Source: Bugula neritina
Lineage: Eukaryota; Animalia; Bryozoa
Reading direction: 5' to 3'
NCBI GenBank assembly: GCA_964035545.1
Contig: OZ037765.1
Span: 31,805,504-31,869,503 of the forward strand
DNA length: 64,000 nt
Shown piece by piece: positions 1 to 38,812 of this stretch (position 1 is the stretch's first letter; every line of letters starts with the position of its first letter). The position numbers were made by a program, and so were the translations under genes. Below the pieces are notes generated by a model. The model was given only the letters and a program-made list of their open reading frames with translations. It had not been told where the DNA came from and did no database searches.

Positions 1-619
1 TTTTTCATGTTGTAAATTTAAGTTCGTATGGTTATTTAATGAACTAGAGAACTAGCCAAATGTTATGTACCGATTGCAATAATTTACTATAAACTCAGTG
101 AAATTTAAAACCTAATTGATATTACTATGACATTGATTGTACAGAGGTAGCTAAAATATACATTAAATTACCAATAATTTTAACTCGCCAATACACTATG
201 AGTAGAACAGTCAAATGCAATGATAGAAAATTAATTAGTCATAGCAGCCCGTTGCTTGAGGAACATTGAGCTACAGGTCTAAAATGATTTAGTTTTGTGA
301 TCCCTTATATAACAAAATAATTTTTTTTAAACTGGTTTAATACTTTTATTATAAACACGCTTATCAAAGTAACATGCTTTTGATGTATATTCTATTAAAA
401 AAGCAATCACATCAGGTTTTCAATTTGTATGTTGTACAAAGTTTATTATGGTGACAAGTTACTAAATTATATGGTTCAGCTTTGTAAAGTAAAGCTGATA
501 AAATAAATACAATTATGTGATTGTTTTACTGCTATATATTAAATTTAAATGAGTTGAATAATATCCTAGTGCATTGAATTAGATATTTTTTTTAGCTTTG
601 GTACACCTGTTTGTTATAG

Positions 620-1220
620 GCTAACATTCCACCAATAGAAGAATGGTGCAAGTAGAAGAAATTTCAGGTGCAGAAAGCTAAGGAGCAGTCAGAATGCTGC
701 CAGAGTTGTGAAGAGGCACTTGAAAAAGCTGAATTTCAATAATGACATGAAATTCGTAACAGATCACCCTGGTGTAATTGAACTGACATGGCCAGCAGAG
801 TTCTCGAAGTCACATACAACAGCTATTTACATCATCATGGTTAGCTTAAATGTAATTCCTATATCAGTCTCTAATATATAGTTTGATATCTGCTGTAAAT
901 TCGCTTAAGGAGCATACACATAACCAAAACTGAGTTACACTATAGTATTTGTTCTTGAATATATTTACCAAGATAAGTAGATTTGCTAATTCATTAACAG
1001 TAAAATTATAATGATACAACAATTTTTCTTTTAGATGATTCAATCAATAACATAAGACACTACAACATGGTTTTGCAGTTATAGAGTATTAATTTTCTGG
1101 CTCTTTCCAAATCTTCATAGAAGGCAAAGAAAACCACCGTCAGCTTGCCTTTATAACTGAGTGCACGCGTCTTCCACCTACAGATGATGATTAACAATTT
1201 GCTGGTGTGGAACTTTCTAA
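620..1220 (+). pseudogene. Decayed Cys-rich P2X7-ballast/nanor-like (KolX-like) gene, two exons (about 620-839 and 1035-1220)
   Basis: Manual translation across frameshifts: EEWCK*KKFQVQKAKEQSECCQSCEEALE / MKFVTDHPGV / RVLEVTYNSYLHHH, GT..AG intron 840-1034, then RHYNM(R)FCSYRVLIFWLFPNLHRRQRKPPSACLYN*V / LPPTDD*QFAGV. Motif order matches the recalled ballast consensus WCxCxxC..ExxCC..CxTxHPGF..VL..RxxAYRxFxxW..RxxLPxC..FP..GF. Contains stops and frameshifts. Confidence 0.7.
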
Positions 1221-2199
1221 TTTTGTTTACAATGAAGATAGATTATAGGACATTATTCTTTATGTAAAGATTGTCAAGTTTTGTTATAATTAAGAACAGT
1301 TTTAGTTTCAATAAATCAGTTCAACATTATGGACATCATTGCACAAACATTTTAATCTTTACTATCTACAAAGGTATCTGATGGACTACTTAAAAATACA
1401 AAACTATGCTCCAGATACACAATGCACTGACCAGCAAAGTTAAAATGAGTTGGAGATGTAGAACATAATATCTTGTTCAAGGCTTTTCCCTGCTGTTGGA
1501 ACCTTCTACTTCAGAACACTGAATTGAACAAACATATGTAGATATATGAAACTTTGCAAAAAATAATAATGTGAAATTAGTTGCTAAGTATCACATTGCT
1601 AATAAATACAGCATTGTGTAATGTTTTATTTAATTTTTTTTGAGCCATTGGATCTATAGGCCCGCATAGTATTTACTATATTATAACTAATAAATTGCAG
1701 ACACATTATGTCAGACCAGTTTCCATTTAAATAGAATAGTGTAGGCTATCAAATTTGTAGAAGTAAAAAACCGCATTCATATTTAGTAAAATACTTGCCT
1801 TTTTTTTTCATGATGCCTCTACTGCTAAAAAGAGAAGTTTTTATCAATACAGCTCCATCAATCTGTATCCTGATGAAGCTAGTAGTTTAGGAACAATTGT
1901 GGGGGGGGGGGAGTGTAGGCTGAGCTGCAGTATAGGAAGAACCCCAACATATGTAATCTATTCAGCACATTATATGTATATTTATTCAAAAAAGGATTTA
2001 GAAAATGCTTTATGAAGAGATGAACAAAGTAAAAATTAATGCTGGTGAAAGTAATATTATTACACCCATTAGAATTACTAGCAGCTATAGCATTAAAATT
2101 ATGTATTTTCATAAAAATGTGTCTAATTTATGCTACAAAGTTATTACTGCCAAAGGTTACAAAATTTACCAGTCACATTCATGCAGCTGGCGGAGAATA

Positions 2200-3150
2200 A
2201 CTAACTTTCACTTGCAATAAATATTATATAATATATTGATAATTATTGGAATCATAATTATATTTATTGTTATGATCATTATGATTATAATTATTTAATA
2301 TTATCTTTGTTTGTATTTAAAGTTGTTCCTTAAATTAAAAGTTGTTTAAGTTTTATAAATTTATTATAATTATATTTCTGTATAAGTATTAGTATAATTA
2401 AATTATTATAATTTATATTTTATTATTTATATTTATTTCACTTTTTATTTCAAGACCAGCAGTTCAAATTGAAATTAATACTTGTGTCGTTTGCTTTATA
2501 TTATAACTTACAAGTATAACTATTAACATAATAATATTACTGTTATCAGGAGGTGGCACTATGGAATGAACTGCCAATCCCTTTACGGTCAATTAGCAAC
2601 CCTAATGAATTTGGGAGGAAGCTGAGGCTTTATCTGTTAGAATAGTTGTATTTTTTTTGTATTTTTCTGGATAGAGTCGCTGTCAGCTCGTGTTGGCCCG
2701 CGCATGACTAGCTAGGCTATAGCGCAATGGGCCTCATCATCGCCTCCTTGGCATTTTCTAATGTCCTTGTGTTATTAAATACCTTTGATGAAATAAACCA
2801 AACAAACAAACAAACATTTGCTATTAGTATTACTATGAATATAAATATTTATATTAATATAGCTATCGGTATAACTTATAGTTATAGTTATACTTATAGT
2901 TATAACTAATATTATAACTATAAGTATAAGTTAAAGTATTAGTTTCGAAACTGATCCTGCTCCGTAACATTAACATACTGATACTGTCATATGATTATCA
3001 TTATGACTAATAATAGTATTAATAAATATAACCATTGAATATTATTAATAATAGTTCACCAATAGGCGATAGTCATAGACTTAGAGTGAGAGTCAATGTC
3101 ATAGAAATAGAGTTAGACTAGTGACACTCATACTGATACTGTGATTCACT
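2200..3150. repeat. AT-rich low-complexity region with degenerate (TATAGT/TATAAC)n units
   Basis: Runs such as ataacttatagttatagttatacttatagttataac at about 2870-2905 and tta/aat-rich sequence at 2200-2540. Confidence 0.7.
2544..2816 (+). mobile_element. 5'-truncated LINE 3' end (CR1/L2-group)
   Basis: Reads YQEVALWNELPIPLRSISNPNEFGRKLRLYLLE* (2544-2645), the WNxLP..F..KL ORF2 C-terminus typical of CR1/L2-group elements; then a 3' UTR, AATAAA and a (CAAA)n tail. Confidence 0.75.
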
Positions 3151-4047
3151 GATTTAGTTACAAATTTCAAAACTTGGTTTTACGTAGACAACTACTAACC
3201 TATAATTCATCACAAAACGGTTGAAAATCATCATTTACTGCATATTTAAGAGTAATTTTCTGGTAGTGTGGTCGACATGATAATTGAAATTAAAATAGGG
3301 AAAATAATTATTTTGTGATTTACAGCAAGTTACAAACTAGCGAAATGGAATAGTCCATTTGAAAACAGTTAAATTAGTTACCTTTCTTGATGTTGCGTAG
3401 CTAACGTTAGTTATTAGTAGCCGCCCGAAGAGTAACATTCATGTGATTTGAGCTACGAATAACGAGAATCTGTGACAAACCCGCTTCTTAATAACTTTAC
3501 GCGATATAAACTCACGCTACAATTGGGCTATTTTGCCATCCCCACGTCACGGAGGGCACGCTCGCGGGCAAGTCTGGGCAAGTCTAAGACACCTAATATG
3601 ACCACTTTTACTTACATTTTTGTAGTGTTTTCGTATAAGAAATTGGGTAAAATGCTGATAAAACAGTTGAAAAGCATGCAAACTTTTGCTCAAATGTAAT
3701 AAATAACCTGGAAGCTTACCGCCTTTAATGTTTAATCTAGCTTTACAATGAAAGTCAGTTAAAATTTCTTCAAGTTCTATAAGGCCGTAGAGTGTAGAAA
3801 CTGAGACAAACAACATAGTCCACATCCCACAAGACACGCATGTACAAAAGTTGTTATATAGTATTTAGCTGATGGCCAAGATATGCATGAATAATTTAAT
3901 CCTGCATAAATGCAACGTGTCAAAGATTACTTAACTTAGCTTTTAAAAAACTTGAATCTCTTTCCCAAAATGAAAGGGTGTCAAAACGCTACATTTGTAA
4001 AATTAATGATACTTTTTATTGCTAAACTTTATAATTGATACTTTTAG

Positions 4048-13527
<9,480 letters not shown>

Positions 13528-14045
13528 TGCTAAAATGTGCTGCCATTTAGACAGTATAAACAAAGCAACTGTTAGAGATAGGAGTAGTGTCACATGATGT
13601 CCTCATGTATTACTAATACTTATACTAATGATTAACTGTTTTGTGATACTGTATCAACTAACAATTAAAGAAAAAGATTTTGTGCAAAGAACTCCGCTGA
13701 TGAGTGCTGCAACTGTCCGCAAGGGAAATACTTTTTGAGACTAGTGCTTTAAATTAAACTGACAGAAATGATATCTTGATTTACTTCCAATATTCTAAGG
13801 ACTTTTACTTATTGCCATATGTAAATAATTTATACTGAATTATATGTGCTAGTATAAATCTCTTTATATGGTTTCACACAGTCTCTGCAATTATAATATA
13901 AACTGTAAAGATGGTAATACTAAAGCATCTCTGAGATACTTTATTTATGCCCTATTAAGATATCCATATATATTATCTTTTATGAATTTATCATTTATAA
14001 ACTGTTTTAGGGTTGTATGCTCAAACAAGTGTTATTTTATTATTT

Positions 14046-14354
<309 letters not shown>

Positions 14355-15433
14355 TGATGCACTTTTGCAAGCAAATTTTTCTAATATGTATACACTATGT
14401 TCTGATAGTTTAGTTATACAAATGAATTTGTCATTTCATTATTGGTAATAGCATAAACCAAATAGCATTACAATCTCTTCAGGGAAAAACCCATTTGGAT
14501 GATTAATTTTGATGAAATGGCCATTTGAATTTATTGGATGAATGGGAGCTGATCATTTGATTTAGTTGAAAGAAATGTTTTCGGGTGTCAGCAGAAATAA
14601 GCGATTGTAGCAGCTGATGTAAATTATATTAATTTTGAGCAACTATTATACTATAATCCCAAATAATGAGCATGCAGAGTGCAGTTTAGTTTATAACTAA
14701 TTTATTCAATTATTTTTTTATCTCAGTTGTTATTGTTTCAGATAAAAAATCTATATTTTTTTCTGCATACTATGGTGTTGCCGTGTGTACACTACTAGTT
14801 TAAACTGCTTCAGCAATTTAACTATAAAGCAAGCTATTCTTGTCCTTTTCTACAATCATTAAACTTTAAAATTTTGTGTTATAATAAAGCAAGCACAAGC
14901 GATTCCTTCAAACTAACAGACTCCAGCTGAATCCTTGTATATTTACAAAAACAATAAACATATATCAACACTTTACCAGGCATGTTAACTACATAACTAC
15001 AATATTATTTATATATTTTGTTAATACTATGAGACAGCAACTGTGATTGGGTAAATATAGCTGGTAATATTGAAAAACTGATCAATTCAGAATTGCCTAC
15101 TCTTAAGAGAATTATCCACTTACCCATAAGGAACAAAGTAATAAAAGCTAAGCGGTTTAAAGAGCTTTTTTGCAAGTAATAACTTAGTACCTATAATGCA
15201 CTGCATATATATATACAAGTACTACGTTATTGCAGGAGACTCTCATAGACTGTAAAACCATCCAGCACAATCGTTGGTAAAAAATAATTATATAACAGCA
15301 GTATGAGTACTATGAAAGCAACAAGACCTCTGCAAACGTATCTATCATATCAATAGTGTACTATTAAAAAATATATAAACGCAACATGTGACGTAACTCC
15401 AATGTTTAAAAGAACCGACAAAAAATGTGTTTA

Positions 15434-32646
<17,213 letters not shown>

Positions 32647-33819
32647 GACTCACCACTCAACCACCTCAGTGCTACAGTACACTACAATACTATATTATAT
32701 GAAATGCAATCACAACTGTTTAGAAAACTTGAAATAAAATTATTGAATATATTCTCTTTAGCGAAAAATCTTTGGTAACTTTAGAATTCTCTAAAAACTA
32801 AGTCTATCAGTAGTAAAACATACAAGTAATTAGACAGCAATGGTTTCTTGCAATGTAAAGTGTGGAGTAGCTACCAAGCACTGCTATAAAAGAATATTAG
32901 AACGTTGAAGTTAATCAAGTATATGACGACTTTCAACGCATAGTCAAATGAGAAATCTAAAAGTCAAAATATGGTTTGTATAAATTAATTTAAGTAAAAA
33001 CATTGAATTTTTAAACCTGAAAACTTTAATACAAAAGTAACTGCTTGTTTGACTTGTGCAGTTATTTACTATAAAATGTTTAAAATTGTAGCAATACTTC
33101 CATTATTTTATATTTAAAAAGCGTAATTTAGGTTATTTTTTGTAGTCTTATTTATAATCAAGTTTCCAACACACTCAACACATAACAAAAGGAACCACGC
33201 TTTTTTAAGTACGGCACAAGTCTAAATTATATGATTGGATTGCAGTATAATATTATGTGAAAAGAACAAAGCCATTAAGCTTCAAGCTGCAAATCAAAAC
33301 CTTATCAGTTTCCAAAATGCTGTGCACGTATAACCCAAACTTTAAGACAAAACATTAAACTGCAAAAATAATGTCAAAAAATAAAAAGCAGTTTATGTTC
33401 AAGTGCTCTGAGCCAAGCTAAGTGAAGACTTTTCACTCAATAAATGGATCTACTCTTACCTTAAGTTGTTCACTAAATAGTCTGCCCACACCACTGTCTA
33501 TCCACTTTATTAATGGCTATAATAATGTGCTCTTGGCAGATGATTAACTGTTAACACTAATCTTTGTATGATACAGTAGACTAGATTTCTTTGACACATT
33601 TCAATAAGTAAAAAATGAAATAGAATATGCTCTACATTCAGCATCACCACATCAAAACATGTAATATAAACATCAAAGTGATTTTTTTAAGACTGTTAAA
33701 CAGTATACTGTGATAACATTATTGTTGTTTAAGCAAAATTATCACTGCAGTTTTCTCAAGCTAAAACTTCTCCATTTCACAGTCTTATGATAATAATAAT
33801 AACCAATAATTGAAAGTTG

Positions 33820-34024
<205 letters not shown>

Positions 34025-35252
34025 TTTGAGCCAAAAAATCACCTCCTTTTAGAATAATTTAGATGGTTTTTACCTGCTTTTTTGTTAGCACCGTTGGTGA
34101 AAATAAATCCAACAAACAAACAAACATCATGGAGCCCAATTACCATGTACAAAACAAGATGGCCAGATTAAAACAGTCAATAGCACATGATACTTTATAA
34201 GCTTCTGTTTTAAATCAATAAGTCAATGCAAAAGAGAGGGCCGTATTCAAGCTACTGTACACTGACTGATATAGTATTCATAAACAACATATATTCTGGT
34301 AACAAATTACAACATTTATTATTAAAGGTGATTTGATCTAACAAGCTTTTGATATAAATCTCTTAAATGGAGTGAAATTATTAATGACATGACAATTTTG
34401 GTTGACTTGTGGCAGGTCGAATTACAAATCACTTCATTTGACACTCTATTATATAGCCTTTTGACCAGGTTTTATAACTTAGAAGTTAACTAGCTATTAA
34501 GGTTTGCATTTGCTTTTAAGTTTATCACTATTTATGAAATACATATAAGTAAATGTTTTTTTGCAAATAGTTTTGCACAAATCTAAAGAGTTGACTTTAG
34601 TAAGCATCTTCGGGCCCCAGATATTAAAAATTTACAGAAATCTAGCTAAAAAGCATGTAATCTTTAATTTACAACTCTATAAAAATAACAAGGCAAAATG
34701 ATAGTTTAAAAACCTTATTTTGTAATTTTCTAGAGTTTTCCACCCTGATAAATTTTGATTATTTACGTAGATAATATTACATGCATACATATTCAAAGCT
34801 GTATGACTTGTTGATTGCCTTCTCTTTCTTGCATGTAGCCAAGTTACATTCTAGAATTTTAGTAAAATTAAGCATTTTCTGGCTAGTCAAGTTTTGATAG
34901 TGCTCACCGATCACTAAATTTCCAGTTTCATCGCGGGTTACTTGCAGAAGTATGACCTTAATTAGCCCAGTTATAGTGAAACAATTGTACCCCAACATCC
35001 TTAACTTTTTTCTTTATTTCAAAAATTAAACTTCAAATAAAAACAATAAATGTGATTAATTCTACTTCAAATTTCATATCAAAAAATGTAAACAACTATA
35101 GTATAAAAAAACATTAAAAAATGCGTCCAAAAATCACTATACCATACCTTAACCAAAAAAAGTCTATAGTTCCTAATTTTGAAAATACATTCAACTTATT
35201 TTTGCATTGCAAGCTGAAAATAGGTATTTATTTTATTATACAGCTAGCCTCA

Positions 35253-35708
<456 letters not shown>

Positions 35709-36102
35709 CTACATGTAATGCAGGTATAATACAGTTAGTTACTAAAATGATGTTACATTTTATTATTGCTTATTAATAATTTCTTAATGCATACACACCT
35801 GCAGTAGCTTCATCCAAGACTAATATTTTACTTTGTCTAAGCAAAGCTCTAGCTATACATATGAGTTGTCTTTCCCCAACTGAGAAATTCTCTCCATTTT
35901 CTACTATAGGAGCATCTAATTGTCCAGCTAAAGCTTTGATTGTGTGTTTCACATGACATTTTCTTAAAGCTGACCACAAATCTTTATTTTTATACATGTT
36001 AAAGGGGTCAAGGGTGTATCTGTATAAAATAGCTATTGAGCTAGAATATTTAGATCAGAAGGGCAAATGAATCAGGAAAAGCTGCTGTTAGAAGAATCCT
36101 TA

Positions 36103-36345
<243 letters not shown>

Positions 36346-36967
36346 CTACCAGAACCAGTTCTGCCCACAATTCCAATCTTCTCCTGAGGTTTTACTTCAA
36401 AAAATATGTTCTTTAGTACAAGAGATAGACCTTCTCTGTATCTCACATTTACTTCATGAAACACAATACTTCCTTCTTCTGGCCAACCAGTTGGAGGTCT
36501 TCTGTGCTCAATAATTCCTGGAGCTTTAGATTCCAAGTCCTGGTGTTATAAATATAATCACAGTGTTCTGTATGTATGCAGCTATGCCCTTAAATAGTCA
36601 CTCACAATTTGCTAATAATTTCACATACTTTAGTATAACTTTATTCCATAGATATCATGCAGCTCAGCGCAGCCACGACACTAACTAGTGCCTGTAGTAT
36701 GTTAAAACATTTGCCAACTGTTGAGGTATACTAGAATTAAAATGTTTGCAAACAATAACTGTACCAATTAACTTTATATCTGCAAAATGATATGTAGCTT
36801 TTTTAATAGCTGTTGTTATTAAAGTTTGAAGTTGAAAATTTTTTTTAATAAAACATATTATATTGATGACTGTAATACTTTTTATTTACTTTTGGTTGGG
36901 AAATTTTCTAATTCAAGCATATAATTGCATTTTCTAAAACAATTAGCTTACAAACACCTAAAAAAAA

Positions 36968-37173
36968 CACTCACGAAAGTTTATAGTCCCTATCCCTGTG
37001 AGAAACCCCTGGTGGAAAGAGTTTTTGTTAAATCGGGCTAAAGACTTATTCAGATGAGGCACAGAAGCAATTATGACTGGATGCTCTTCCTAACATCATC
37101 AATGGGTTTGTCCGGGCTCGAACTCATGACTTCATGTTTACTAGGCAAACGCTCTAACCCCTAGACCATGGCT
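36968..37173 (-). mobile_element. tRNA-Thr-derived SINE, near full-length copy
   Basis: Reverse complement of head, core and tail. Confidence 0.85.
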
Positions 37174-37910
37174 ATATAAATCTAGTTTAATTGTTAATTA
37201 TGCAGTCAAAAAGAATCAGTTTTCAACTTTTAACCAAATAAAACCAAATATTTTTTTAAATAGCATTGTAATTATAACTCGTAGATTTGAAAGCACTAAA
37301 CAAAGTGTAGTGCTCTTAATGGCAATCTTCTCTTCACTAGCCAGCTTTACATATTTAGTAATAATTTACCCACTTGAATATAATTGATTATTCTCGCTAC
37401 AGATGTGAACCTGGCTGTGCTCTGTATCCATTGTCTGACCAAGTTTTGGCTTAAATCTCCAATCTAAAATAAAATAATTTTCACAGTGAAGAATTGGTTG
37501 ATTAATTTCGCAATTTAATAAGTTTAGCAATAAAAAAAAACATTCTTGTAACAATAGTGCAGGGTAAACATCAACCCTGGGGAGAATTATTTATCATTTT
37601 AACAATTAAAATAATTTAAACAAGATTCGTGGCAGTAAATTATTACTCTATTATATGTCATAAATTCTAAAATTAGAAATTTACTAGAATGCAGAGTCAA
37701 TTCGTGTATTACCCAGTTTGAATTTTCAGCAAGAATGTAAATTAGGTGTATTATTTTATTTGAATGTTGACCATATAATAAAAACTAAAGTGCATAAGCC
37801 CACACTAATAAATATATACACGGTACGATTTATTATAGCACTTTTTTAAACTGTCTTTATAGAACATTTACAAATTGAGTAATTAGACATGATTATTATG
37901 TAAACACAAA

Positions 37911-37979
37911 GGGAGCAGCCGTGGTCTAGGGATTAAAGCATTTGCTTTGTGAACACGAAGACTATAAACTTGTGTGAGT
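37911..37979 (+). mobile_element. Internally deleted 69 bp mini-copy of the Thr SINE
   Basis: Head GGGAGCAGCCGTGGTCTAGGGATTAAAGC joined directly to tail ACTATAAACTTGTGTGAGT; 18 bp TSD TTATTATGTAA(A/G)CACAAA at 37893-37910 and 37980-37997. Confidence 0.8.
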
Positions 37980-38465
37980 TTATTATGTAAGCACAAACTT
38001 CACTAACGCTGCTTGCTTGAGTTGTATGTCATAAAAGTATAAATCCTAATTTTTAGTAGTTTCCGGTTTGATTTTAGGTATTTCAGCAAGGCTTTAAATA
38101 GTAGTGGTGTACAAAGCAAGCCTTATTTATGATCAATTTTAAAGATATTTGTGCAGGCAGCATTGATGTTAGAAGCCAATAGAGGTTGCATAACGCTGCT
38201 GTCTTTGAATACTTACAGCAACAGCGTAGGTGAGTGACAGAGCTGCCATACTTGGACTCAGAATAAAACTTGGAACAAGTGCAGTGCAGGCAAAAGTTGT
38301 AAACACTATCAGCAAAGAAAGCATGTCGCATCTGAAAGCTGCCCACCACAAACACAGTTCAAATAAAAACATGGCTACGCTGTTTTGGTCCTGTAGTTTA
38401 GCAAATCTGAAACAAGCAAATAAAGTATTATGCTTCAGCAAAGAAGTAACGAGATTCCTAAATAG

Positions 38466-38812
38466 TGTAGTAACTTAGGGGTTATTGAATGCAATCAGGC
38501 AGAGAACATAACTCCTTATAAGTGAAAAAAACTATAAGGGTTCTTGTAGTGTGCGAAAAGTAAACTTTAATGTGGAGAGTAGTTCTTTTCAGTGTGAGCT
38601 CTTGTCTTCAACTGACTAGGAGCTCAAAATGTGCCTTCTTTTATACTAGTCAAAGGAAGTCTAGAACCTTTGACTGACAATCACCGAAGTTCGGAATGTC
38701 AAGCTCGATTTACAATGTGTATTGAACTAAGGGCTAGAGGGCTAGAGATCGCTATTTAACGTGCCTAATTATAAGAATGTGTATTAGGAGGATACTTCTA
38801 TAAAATACCACG
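38466..38812 (-). mobile_element. Putative solo LTR
   Basis: Ends TGTAGTA...TACCACG, flanks ATAG/ATAA; on the minus strand a GTATAAAAG box (about 38638-38646) lies about 70 nt upstream of ATTAAA (38566-38571); the homologous B intron (about 19083-19120) has a single ATAA and no insert. Confidence 0.6.

Larger units (their letters stand above)
1..3724. mobile_element. Putative decayed Kolobok-like DNA transposon (left end not in window)
   Basis: Ballast-like pseudogene on +; minus-strand remnants CSEVEGSNSREK (1483-1518, directly after a ttcag acceptor) and THFNFAGQCIVYLEHS (about 1404-1451) resemble recalled Kolobok transposase motifs; CpG-rich block 3400-3600; terminus ...CCGCCT followed by TTAA at 3725-3728. 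No partner TIR seen. Confidence 0.45.
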
